A DNA stretch of 37,732 bases from Eledone cirrhosa (GCA_964016885.1 CAXHJY010001613.1:1-37732); one strand, 5' to 3'; positions 15,042-35,022 are shown, counted from the first letter of the stretch. Made by a program: numbers and translations. Notes: generated from the letters alone by a model not told the origin.

Positions 15042-18000
15042 GTGCCAAGGTTATTGAAAGACACTGTTTTCTGTTATATAAAAACTACAATAACAACAGA
15101 ACAAATCCGCTTCTTAAAACACTGTGTTTCCTCCAAAACATACACAACAAACATATCAAAACAAGTAAATAATTTATTATTGAACAAAACACAAGCTGAA
15201 CGGCTAAAACACACAATAACAGTTAATATGAAAAGAACAACATACACAAAAGTCGACGCACTCTACAGACAAAAACGCATCAACGGTAAGGAAATCCGAA
15301 ATCTCATCACAGCAAACGAGAGAGATGACTTCATGAGCGTCATCCGACGCGAAACGAAATATGCTCAAAACGAATGCTGTAGGCATTTCAAGAAGAAATT
15401 AGAATGGATGAATAAGAAAAAACTACAAGAAAGGAAAATCGAATATTCTCAAAAATACCCAGATAACATCGACAATATCCGTATGAGTGATGTAAAACTA
15501 CCGGAAGAATTTACCAATGACCACACAGTAAATATCTATGGGAACACTTTAATCAGTGAACAAGAACAACAAATCCTAAGGTTACCACCAAAATTTGCCA
15601 TCTACAAAAAGATTAACCCTATGGAATGCAAAACGGAGCTGGAAAAGTGTTTCACAAAAATACGTTGGAATGCAAAGGTAAACAACAACAACAATAATAA
15701 CGGTAGTAATAATATAAACAATAACTCTGGGTATAGAAATAACAGCCATAACCATAACAATGGCAGGAAAGTGAGAAATAGTGATAATGGCAATAATACT
15801 AGCGATAGACGGAACAACAACAACCACAATAATAATAATAATAGAAACGTTAACCACAGACACAGTAACAGTGACCACAGTAGTAATAACGGTAACAATA
15901 CGAACAACAACAACAATAACCACAGTGGTAATAATGGAAATAGTACATGTAGCAACATCAACAAAAACAAGAAACATAATAATAGTAACAACCACAATGG
16001 TAGAAATAGCAGTAACAACAACAACAATAACGGTGAAGTAAACAACAATACATCTAGCAATCATAACAATAATAATAATAATGCTAATGATAGAAACAAC
16101 AACAACCACCATGATAACAATAATAGCAACACACACAACTATGACGATAGAAATAACGACAACCCCTTAGAGAAACTATTTTTCAACCCAGCTGACAAAA
16201 CATATAAGATGGGTAATATCTATCCTACGAGGTTACCCTTTAATAAAAGAGTTTGCATACCACAGCAAATAGATGACGAGACGGAGGCACAGTTCACCAT
16301 AGCTAGAAATAAGATTAGACAGGTAGTAGACAGGTACACTATGAGACAGAGCAGACCAGAGGCCCAACAACTTGGGAGAAAACCTGTAGAAGGCTTGGTT
16401 AGCCTCAAGCAGCGCACAAGGGATGGTGAGGTAGTGTGTCTACCCACAGATAAGTCTGGTAGGATGTCAATAGATAGCATGCCGAACTACATCGAGGCAA
16501 TGCAACCCCACATCACCAACACGAGCGAAGTTGCACAACTAACACACGATGGGAGAGAAAAAATCCTCAACGCTCAGATGATGATGTGGACTGACATCCT
16601 AAAGCCAAGCAGACGCACTGCCAACAACTTCCAGGCGTCTAACAATGGCATACCACCCTTGTATGGGCTCCGCAAAGACCACAAGACAGTCGACGACCCG
16701 ACAACAGGATTACCAACAAGACCCGTATGCGGAGCTAATATAGCTAGCAACTACAGGATCTCCTACTTCCTCTCAATGGTTATACGCCCCATAATCAAGA
16801 TGTCCCCAGATGTATGTGAAAGTACAGAGGACCTCCTCAGCAGAATCAGTGAGTGCAACAAAAACAGGAGCCTATCCAACTGCATAATAGGCAGCATGGA
16901 TGTGGTGTCACTGTACCCATCCATTAACATTGATTTTGCTGTGAAAAGATGTGTGGAGATGATCATTGAGAGTGAGGTGGAGTTCTGCGACGTCGACACA
17001 GACGAACTGGGCCTCCTACTTAGACTTACCTACGACACTGACTACCTAGACAGCCATGACCTTAGATGTTTCTGCCCTAGTAGACCTATAAGAGGTAGAC
17101 CCCCCACCATAACCTCAATGGCTAAAAAGACTCCCATAGGAAGGTGGATTGGGTGGACCAAAGCCATACGGACCCCCCAAAACACTGATCAGGTAAGAAA
17201 AATGGTCGCACATGCAATAGGGGCTAGTATCAAAACTACCCTAAAGGGCCACATATTTAAGTTCAATGAGAAAATCTACACCCAAAATGAGGGAGCAGCC
17301 ATCGGCGTCAGCATAGCTGGTGATGTTGCCAACCTTTTCATGGTATGGTGGGAAAGGAGACTTAAAGATCTCCTTAATGAAAGCTCCATAGACCTCATCA
17401 TGTACTCTCGTTATGTAGACGATATCAATATAGTTATAAGAACACCCCCACTAGAGAGCACTAACAAGTTTGATTTAGAACGTAGCACGATGGAAAGCAT
17501 CCAGCAGATAGCTAATTTCATACACCAGAGTATAACTGTAACTATAGACTTCCCTTCCAAACACCCTAACAATAGACTACCTGTATTAGACACAGAACTC
17601 TGGATTAACACTATAGACGAGAGAGCCCAAATTCTCCACTCACACTATGCTAAACCCATGGCCTCCAAATACCTGATACTCAAAAACTCAGCAATGTCCA
17701 GTAGTGCTAAGTTTAATATTCTGATCGCAGATTTGGTACGAGTGATGAAGAATGTGTCCAGCATGTGCGACCCAACAGAAATGGAAGGACACATCCAACA
17801 CTTCATCAACCGCATGCAGTTCTCTGGCTACAACCAAAGAGACAGAGTCAGAGTATACGAAGGAGCCATGGAAAAGTATAAGACCCTCATAGAACTGGAC
17901 ATGAAAGGAATTTGCCCACTATACAGGAGCAAATCATGGAATAGCTTAGATAGGGCTAGACATAAGATAGGGAAGGCCACATCATGGTACGACAACCAGA

Positions 18001-18569
18001 GATATCAGAGTGTCATGTTTGTGGACGCCACCCCTGGAGGGAAATTAGCTAACCAGTGTAGAAAGGCCCTGAGAAAGACCCACTTAAAAATAAAGGTGGT
18101 AGAAAAGCCAGGAACCACCATAAAATCCCTGATCAGCAAAACCTACCCTTTTAAGAAAACCCACTGTACCAATAGGAAGTGTATCATATGTAAGGTGAAC
18201 CCCCGGATAAACTGTAAAACTAGAAACGTAGTCTATAGCATAAGATGTACAGAGGGTACTTGCAGAAACATGACAACAACATACATAGGTGAGACAGCTC
18301 GTAGCATAGGTGAAAGGATAGACCAACACTGGGGGGAACTAAAAGGACGAAAAAACGAGTCAGTACTATACGAACATGCTAGACAACAACATGACGGTAA
18401 CATAGACAACATAGAAATTAGAATAATATCTAAACATAGGAATGACCCAGCAGATAGGCAAATCAGAGAGGCCAGTGAAATAGAAATTAGAAGACCAAAG
18501 CTAAACAGAAAGAATGAGTGGAACAACAACAACACCCAAACAAACAACACTGACCAAAGAGAAGTATAA
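15042..18569 (+). CDS. PLE polyprotein: N-terminal domain with Asn-rich tract, reverse transcriptase, Cys linker, C-terminal GIY-YIG endonuclease (true start missing in this copy)
   Basis: LPPKFA; PTDKSG; PLYGLRKDHK; PTRPVC; motif A SMDVVSLYPSI; motif B' YTQNEGAAIG..ANLFM; motif C YSRYVDD; LPVLD; linker CTNRKCIIC; VVYSIRCTEGTC..YIGETARSIGERIDQH..H..H; RQIREA; LNRKNE. The track's start at 15042 is a GTG; the likely real N-terminus ([15 protein letters not shown]..) is one frame off upstream. The linker resembles Neptune/Nematis-type PLEs, clade uncertain. Confidence 0.95.
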   Translation: MPRLLKDTVFCYIKTTITTEQIRFLKHCVSSKTYTTNISKQVNNLLLNKTQAERLKHTITVNMKRTTYTKVDALYRQKRINGKEIRNLITANERDDFMSVIRRETKYAQNECCRHFKKKLEWMNKKKLQERKIEYSQKYPDNIDNIRMSDVKLPEEFTNDHTVNIYGNTLISEQEQQILRLPPKFAIYKKINPMECKTELEKCFTKIRWNAKVNNNNNNNGSNNINNNSGYRNNSHNHNNGRKVRNSDNGNNTSDRRNNNNHNNNNNRNVNHRHSNSDHSSNNGNNTNNNNNNHSGNNGNSTCSNINKNKKHNNSNNHNGRNSSNNNNNNGEVNNNTSSNHNNNNNNANDRNNNNHHDNNNSNTHNYDDRNNDNPLEKLFFNPADKTYKMGNIYPTRLPFNKRVCIPQQIDDETEAQFTIARNKIRQVVDRYTMRQSRPEAQQLGRKPVEGLVSLKQRTRDGEVVCLPTDKSGRMSIDSMPNYIEAMQPHITNTSEVAQLTHDGREKILNAQMMMWTDILKPSRRTANNFQASNNGIPPLYGLRKDHKTVDDPTTGLPTRPVCGANIASNYRISYFLSMVIRPIIKMSPDVCESTEDLLSRISECNKNRSLSNCIIGSMDVVSLYPSINIDFAVKRCVEMIIESEVEFCDVDTDELGLLLRLTYDTDYLDSHDLRCFCPSRPIRGRPPTITSMAKKTPIGRWIGWTKAIRTPQNTDQVRKMVAHAIGASIKTTLKGHIFKFNEKIYTQNEGAAIGVSIAGDVANLFMVWWERRLKDLLNESSIDLIMYSRYVDDINIVIRTPPLESTNKFDLERSTMESIQQIANFIHQSITVTIDFPSKHPNNRLPVLDTELWINTIDERAQILHSHYAKPMASKYLILKNSAMSSSAKFNILIADLVRVMKNVSSMCDPTEMEGHIQHFINRMQFSGYNQRDRVRVYEGAMEKYKTLIELDMKGICPLYRSKSWNSLDRARHKIGKATSWYDNQRYQSVMFVDATPGGKLANQCRKALRKTHLKIKVVEKPGTTIKSLISKTYPFKKTHCTNRKCIICKVNPRINCKTRNVVYSIRCTEGTCRNMTTTYIGETARSIGERIDQHWGELKGRKNESVLYEHARQQHDGNIDNIEIRIISKHRNDPADRQIREASEIEIRRPKLNRKNEWNNNNTQTNNTDQREV

Positions 18570-18799
18570 ATAAGTAAATAAAATTAAATAAAATAAGATA
18601 AATAAATACATACACAAGCACAATAACAACAAGCACATAAACACACACTAGTCACCCAGCAGACACAACACTATACACACTAGTCACACATCACACATAA
18701 CACTATACACACACGCAAACGCATGCGCAAAGATGACAAAATAAAATAAGATAAACAAACAAGCAAATAAATAAATAAATATATAGACAGACTGAATAA

Positions 18800-18808
18800 A
18801 AAATGGCG
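18800..18808 (+). promoter_or_regulatory. YY1-type motif AAAATGGCG upstream of the hammerhead
   Basis: AAAATGGCGTAG is conserved in B1, B2 (about 26026-26037, -) and both arms of C (13634-13645) while neighbouring sequence has diverged. Confidence 0.4.
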
Positions 18809-18848
18809 TAGACATACAACACAACGGGAGGAACAATGAATATAACAC

Positions 18849-18886
18849 CACTGACGATGTTGCAGATGTGCAACGAAAGATTTATG
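18849..18886 (+). ncRNA. Hammerhead-like motif in the family B pseudo-LTR (weak stem I)
   Basis: CA-CUGACGA-U-GUUGCA-gaug-UGCAAC-GAAA-GAUU-UA-UG. Core and stem II are intact and co-vary with element C, but only 2 bp of stem I are evident. Confidence 0.6.
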
Positions 18887-19106
18887 TAAATTATGTAAAC
18901 TATATATATATATATGTGTTTGTGTCTATATTGTATCTGTATTATTTTTGACCGCCGGTCAGTCAATGGCAACATTGAGGACCGAGTAAGTTAGATCGCA
19001 GATATAAAAGACAGCGAGAAGCGAAAACCAACCAAACAGTGAGTGTATTCTGTTATTAATTCTGGCAATATTACGCAAATATGACCCTCCCCAAGTATAA
19101 CAACAT

Positions 19107-19108
<2 letters not shown>

Positions 19109-19140
<32 letters not shown>

Positions 19141-19184
19141 ACATATATATATTTATATACATATACATATATATATTTATATAC

Positions 19185-19215
<31 letters not shown>

Positions 19216-20197
19216 CATATTTATATATACATATATACATATATACATATATACATATTTATATATACATATATACATATATACATATTTATATATACAT
19301 ATATATATATACATATATACATATACATACATACATATATATACATATACATGTACATACATATATATACATATACATACATACATATACATGTACAACA
19401 TGTACATACATGTACATACATATACATGTACATACATGTACATACATATACATGTACATACATATATATACATATACATGTACATACATATATATACATA
19501 TACATGTACATACATATATATACATATACATACATATATATACATATACATGTACATACATATATATATACATATACATGTACATACATATATATACATA
19601 TACATGTACATACATATATATACATATACATGTACATACATATATATACATATACATGTACATACATATATATACATACATATATATACATATACATGTA
19701 CATACATATATATACATATACATACATATATATACATATACATGTACATACATATATATACATATACATACATATATATACATATACATGTACATACATA
19801 TACATGTACATACATATATATACATATACATGTACATACATATATATACATATACATGTACATACATATATATACATATACATGTACATATATATACATA
19901 TACATGTACATACATATATATACATGTACATATATATACATATACATGTACATACATATATATACATATACATGTACATACATATATATACATATACATG
20001 TACATACATATATATACATATACATGTACATACATATATATACATACATATATATACATATATATACATATACATGTACATACATATATATACATACATA
20101 TATATACATATATATACATATACATGTACATACATATATATACATATACATGTACATACATATATATACATATACATGTACATACATATATATACAA

Positions 20198-20228
<31 letters not shown>

Positions 20229-20290
20229 CATATACATGTACATACATATATATACATACATATACATACATATACATACATACATACATA
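19109..20290. repeat. (TA)/(TACA) microsatellite with a 26-bp higher-order unit containing TACATGTA
   Basis: G residues recur at 19454, 19480 and 19506 (period 26), with shorter variants, over about 19350-20240. Confidence 0.93.
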
Positions 20291-20850
20291 CATGGTGGCT
20301 GCCAACTCGTTTTCGAGTACGGCCACTACTTTATATCCATGTAGGAGAACCCCTACCGATGCGCTGAACGAGTGTGACTTTTTAGTCCAGCCAGCGACTT
20401 GAAAACTCTGGTACAAACACTACACTTGTGACAATTACTGACACATAGTGCTGGGCCCATGGTACCATGTGAGGACAAGTGCAGAGAGATCTCCAGATAT
20501 AAAGCAATGCCTGTGCCGTGAAGCTTTTATAGTGAGCAAAGGCACTGCACAAAGCCAGTCCCACTCTCTTAACTAAGATGATATTTACCAAAAAGAAGAA
20601 CAAGTCAACATCATTGGATACCATCAGGGTTGCAGGTGTTATATCAGAGTTTTCCTTCTCCTAGAATTCTGCCTTGACAAAGGCTAAGGGGTCATCCCTC
20701 CCGGTGATTTTGGATGGCCATTGACTCTTAAGAGCTCCTTTGCCCTTTGACAGGTTTTGTTTTTAGTCCTGCAGGATGTCCAAAGTCACCCTCCTCACCA
20801 AGAAACCTTGGTGGGGTTGCCAGTTTAGTCGCCAACGACCCGACCATGGG
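20291..20850 (-). mobile_element. Probable RTE-derived non-autonomous retroelement (about 560 bp)
   Basis: The minus strand contains AAGGCAGAATTCTAGGAGAAGGAAAACTCTGA, which I recognise as RTE 5'UTR-like, and ends with a small hairpin ACTCG-AAAA-CGAGT followed by a (TGTA)n tail. No credible ORF. Confidence 0.55.
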
Positions 20851-22705
<1,855 letters not shown>

Positions 22706-24489
22706 TTTGCAAAAAAACACAAAATCACTGGCTCTACTGTTGGCCCTCTAATTGATGAAAATGGCACTCTTCAAGACAATGCTAAAACCATGGGTGAGAT
22801 ACTGCAGAAACAATACTGCTCTGTTTTCAGCAATCCTGATATGGCCGATCTGGGCTGTATCGGCGATGTTACTCCCCATTACACCTTATCGGACATAACG
22901 TTTGGCGCCCCTGATGTCTTGGCGGCAATAAAGGAAATCAAGCATAATTCAGCAGTAGGTCCCGATAGGTTCCCTGCTTGTGTCTTGAAGGCGTGTCAAC
23001 ATCAACTTGCATCTCCTCTTGCCAATCTGTGGCGGAACTCACTGGATGCTGGATATGTGCCAGAAAACCTTCTATCCCAGTCTGTTGTCCCAGTTTTCAA
23101 AAAGGGAAACAAATCCCTTGCCGTGAATTACCGCCCAATCTCACTCACCTCTCATATCATTAAGGTATTTGAGAGAGTGGTGAGATCGCGAATGACCCAC
23201 TTCCTTGAGAGTAACAATATGCTGAACTCCAACCAGCATGGATTCCGTAATGGAAGGGATTGCCTGACGCAGCTACTGCATCACTTTGATGACATTTTGA
23301 GAGCCTTGGGAGAGGGTTCCAACACTGATGTTATCTACCTTGATTTCAGCAAGGCCTTTGACAGGGTTGATCACAACATTCTACTGAGAAAGCTGTCCAA
23401 TATTCGTGTCACTGGAAAGCTGCTGCAGTGGATCAAGAGCTTCCTGTCAAACAGAACCCAACATGTTGTAGTTGAGGGAGTCAAATCAAGCCCAGCCAAA
23501 GTCAGTAGTGGGGTCCCACAAGGCACTGTGTTGGGCCCACTTCTCTTCATCATCTATATTAATGACATCACTGACATCATCAAACACAGCAACATTAAAA
23601 TTTTCGCTGATGATTCCAAGCTCCAAAAGGTCATCAATGGCGTGGATGACCGGATAAGCCTTCAGTCAGACCTACTGGCTGTTACCCAATGGGCAGAAAA
23701 GAACAACATGTTACTGAACGAAGACAAATTCGAACTGATCCACTTTGGAAAAGAGGATGCTCTGAAACTCCCGTACTCCCTTCCCTCCGGGGAAACTCTC
23801 GTGGCATCTAACAACATCAGAGACTTGGGAGTAACCGTGGACAGCAACATAAGCTGGACCACGCATATAAGCAACAAAGTTGACATGGCCCGCAGAATGT
23901 GTTCCTGGATCCTCAGAACCTTCCAGTCGAGAGATTCCCGCACCATTATCCTTCTCTTCTCTACTTTTGCCCGACCACACCTTGAATACTGTTGTCCACT
24001 GTGGTCTCCCCACACGAAACAAAGTATCATGAAACTTGAAGCTCCTCAAAGGGCAATCACGAAAAAGATAGATGGCATGTCAGACCTTGACTACTGGGGT
24101 CGATTAGAAACCCTGAAACTTTACTCACTCCAACGTCGCCGTGAGCGTTATATTATCTGCATGATGTGGAAAATGTTCCATCATCACTGCCCAAATGATG
24201 TTGGCATCGCCTTCAAGATACACCCAAGGCTTGGGCCCCGTGCTATCCGTCCCATTCAAAAATCTAAATCGCAACTCATAACAACAATACGGCACAATTA
24301 TTTCACCTCAATCGGCCCTGCTCTCTTCAACATCACACCAGGACACGTCAAAACAGAAACTGACCACACAAAATTCAAGAAGTCTTTGGACAATTCCTCC
24401 AAGTAATCCCGGACAAACCACCCACACCCGGATATGTCTCCGCAAACAGTAATTCTCTTCTCGAATGGGCCATGGTGCCCAAATCCTGA
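22706..24489 (+). pseudogene. LINE ORF2 fragment (reverse transcriptase; endonuclease missing)
   Basis: GPD; NYRPISLTS; QHGFR; [16 protein letters not shown]; [20 protein letters not shown]; IFADDSKL; [11 protein letters not shown]; [12 protein letters not shown] 1-nt frameshift near 24392 is followed by [20 protein letters not shown] ending at 24489. Confidence 0.93.
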
Positions 24490-24580
24490 ATTGAAAGACC
24501 TCGCCAGGTGGTGCTATTAAGTTAGACATGGCCTGGGCCAATACTGGCCAAAACATTTCAAAGTTATTCAAAGTTATAAA
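22706..24580 (+). mobile_element. 5'-truncated CR1-clade LINE
   Basis: ORF2 RT region, a short 3' UTR and a terminal tandem TTCAAAGTTA x2 (24557-24576), typical of CR1 short-repeat tails. Confidence 0.9.
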
Positions 24581-24591
24581 TATATATATAC

Positions 24592-24658
<67 letters not shown>

Positions 24659-24997
24659 TATATACATATATATATACATATACATATATATATATATACA
24701 TATACATATACATATACATATATATATACATATATATATACATATATATATACATATATATATACATATATATATACATATACATATACATATATATATA
24801 CATATATATATACATATATATATACATATATATATATACATATATATATATACATATATATATATACATATATATATATACATATATACATATATATATA
24901 TACATATATACATATATATATATATACATATATATATATACATATACATACATATATATATATACATATATATATATATACATATATATATATACAT

Positions 24998-25044
<47 letters not shown>

Positions 25045-25177
25045 CATATACATATATATACATATATACATATATATATATATATACATATATATACACA
25101 TATATATATATACATATATATACACATATATATATATACATATATATACACATATATATATATACATATATATACAC

Positions 25178-25246
<69 letters not shown>

Positions 25247-25671
25247 CATATATATACACATATATATATATACATATATATACACATATATATATATACA
25301 TATATATATATACATATACATATATATACATATACATATATATATATACATATATATATATACATATACATATATATACATATACATATATATACATATA
25401 TATATATATACATACATATATATACATATATATATATACATATATATATATACATATATATATATACATATACATATATATATATACATATATATATATA
25501 CATACATATATACATATACATATATATATATACATATATATATATACATATATATATATACATACATATATATATATACATATATATATATACATATATA
25601 TATATACATACATATATATATATACATACATATATATATATACATACATATATATATATACATATATATAT
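24581..25671. repeat. (TA)n/(TACA)n microsatellite
   Basis: Direct reading. Confidence 0.99.
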
Positions 25672-27135
25672 ATAGCGGCGATGAATTAGTTTTGCGAGGT
25701 TTTTTATATGAAATCGTGTGTCGAAACAGATATTGTTATATTTGGGGAGGGTCATATTTGCGTAATATTGCCAGAATTAATAACAGAACACACTCACTGT
25801 TTGGTTGGTTTTCGCTTCTCGCTGTCTTTTATATATATATATATGCGATCTAACTTACTCGGTCCTCAATGTTGCCATTGACTGACCGGCGGTCAAAAAT
25901 AATACAGATACAATATAGACACAAACACATATATATAGTTTACATAATTTACATAAATCTTTCGTTGCACATCTGCAACATCGTCAGTGGTGTTATATTC
26001 ATTGTTCCTCCTGTTGTGTTGTATGTCTACGCCATTTTTTTTTGTTCAGTCTGTCTATATATTTATTTATTTATTTGCTTGTTTGTTTATCTTATTTTAT
26101 TTTGTCTTCTTTGCGCATGCGTTTGCGTGTGTGTATAGTGTTATGTGTGATGTGTGACTAGTGTGTATAGTGTTGTGTCTGCTGGGTGACTAGTGTGCGT
26201 TTATGTGCTTGTGTATGTATTTATTTATCTTATTTTATTTGGCCTCTCTGATTTGCCTATCTGCTGGGTCATTCCTATGTTTAGATATTATTCTAATTTC
26301 TATGTTGTCTATGTTACCGTCATGTTGTTGTCTAGCATGTTCGTATAGTACTGACCCGTTTTTTCGTCCTTTTAGTTCCCCCCAGTGTTGGTCTATCCTT
26401 TCACCTATGCTACGAGCTGTCTCACCTATGTATGTTGTTGTCATGTTTCTGCAAGTACCCTCTGTACATCTTATGCTATAGACTACGTTTCTAGTTTTAC
26501 AGTTTATCCGGGGGTTCACCTTACATATGATACATTTCCTATTGGTACAGTGGGTTTTCTTAAAAGGGTAGGTTTTGCTGATCAGGGATTTTATGGTGGT
26601 TCCTGGCTTTTCTACCACCTTTATTTTTAAGTGGGTCTTTCTCAGGGCCTTTCTACACTGGTTAGCTAATTTCCCTCCAGGGGTGGCGTCCACAAACATG
26701 GACACTCTGATATCTCTGGTTGTCGTACCATGATGTGGCCTTCCCTATCTTATGTCTAGCCCTATCTAAGCTATTCCATGATTTGCTCCTGTATAGTGGG
26801 CAAATTCCTTTCATGTCCAGTTCTATGAGGGTCTTATACTTTTCCATGGCTCCTTCGTATACTCTGACTGTCTCTTGGGTTGTAGCCAGAGAACTGCATG
26901 CGGTTGATGAAGTGTTGGATGTGTCCTTCCATTTCTGTTGGGTCGCACATGCTGGACACATTCTTCATCACTCGTACCAAATCTGCGATCAGAATATTAA
27001 ACTTAGTACTACTGGACATTGCTGAGTTTTTGAGTATCAGGTATTTGGAGGCCATGGGTTTAGCATAGTGTGAGTGGAGAATTTGGGCTCTCTCGTCTAT
27101 AGTGTTAATCCAGAGTTCTGTGTCTAATACAGGTA
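25672..27135 (-). mobile_element. 5'-truncated copy B2 of PLE family B
   Basis: Reverse complement of about 17578-19108, continuing into the sequence seen at 14974-15030. Has two small frameshifts and an internal deletion of roughly 110 bp removing the ORF end. Both ends are at TA/AT dinucleotides. Confidence 0.95.
25952..25989 (-). ncRNA. Hammerhead-like motif, B2 copy
   Basis: Reverse complement of 18849-18886. Confidence 0.6.
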
Positions 27136-34355
<7,220 letters not shown>

Positions 34356-34477
34356 TATATTAATAAGAGGAATTCCAACTTTGTCTGATTTACTCGTTTT
34401 ATTTACAATCCTTTAAAATATATATAATGGTATTATAATGAAATAGTATGATAGAATATTAAATTCTAAGTGTTAAT

Positions 34478-34516
34478 TGAACAAGCACTTTCATGCTTTC
34501 GCAATCTTCAGGTTCA
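34478..34516 (-). ncRNA. Minimal type I hammerhead ribozyme (element D, left arm)
   Basis: Mirror of 34590-34628 with stem III AGUGCU. Confidence 0.8.
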
Positions 34517-34589
34517 TGATATGTGTTGACAGTCGAGTTTGCAATTTTCAACTGTTGAAAATTGCAAACTCGACTGTCACCACATATCA

Positions 34590-34628
34590 TGAACCTGAAG
34601 ATTGCGAAAGCATGAAAGTACTTGTTCA
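34590..34628 (+). ncRNA. Minimal type I hammerhead ribozyme (element D, right arm)
   Basis: UGAAC-CUGAAGA-U-UGC-GAAA-GCA-U-GAA-AGUACU-U-GUUCA: 5-bp stem I, GNRA-capped stem II, self-complementary stem III, CUU triplet. Confidence 0.82.
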
Positions 34629-34790
34629 ATTAACACTTAGAATTTAATATTCTATCATACTATTTCATTATAATACCATTATATATATTTTAAAGGATTG
34701 TAAATAAAACGAGTAAATCAGACAAAGTTGGAATTCCTCTTATTAATATAATCTTCTATACACAATCATACACACCCGTGTATATTTACC

Positions 34791-34819
34791 TATCTATATC
34801 TATATATACATATATATAC

Positions 34820-34850
<31 letters not shown>

Positions 34851-34868
34851 CATATAATATATATATAC

Positions 34869-34915
<47 letters not shown>

Positions 34916-34948
34916 CATATATATATAATATACATATATATAATATAC

Positions 34949-35011
<63 letters not shown>

Positions 35012-35022
35012 CATATATATAC

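Larger units (their letters stand above)
14971..19108 (+). mobile_element. Penelope-like retroelement family B, unit-length copy B1
   Basis: Long RT+GIY-YIG ORF; 3' UTR/pseudo-LTR with a hammerhead-like motif; both ends abut (TA)n. Begins ATATGTTTCGAC and ends ATGACCCTCCCCAAGTATAACAACATAT. Confidence 0.95.
34356..34790. mobile_element. Element D: ORF-less 395-bp palindrome with outward-facing hammerheads (inferred inverted pseudo-LTR pair of another PLE family)
   Basis: 34356-34750 is an inverted repeat centred on T34553 with two mismatches seen, plus an unpaired tail of about 40 nt on the right. Embedded in (TA)n. Confidence 0.82.

Noticed and set aside
15582-16136. Hydrophobic Val/Ile/Leu-rich antisense ORFs
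   Set aside because: Shadows of the AAC/AAT-rich tract of the PLE ORF.
19350-20240. CRISPR-like periodicity
   Set aside because: No unique spacers; eukaryotic tandem repeat.
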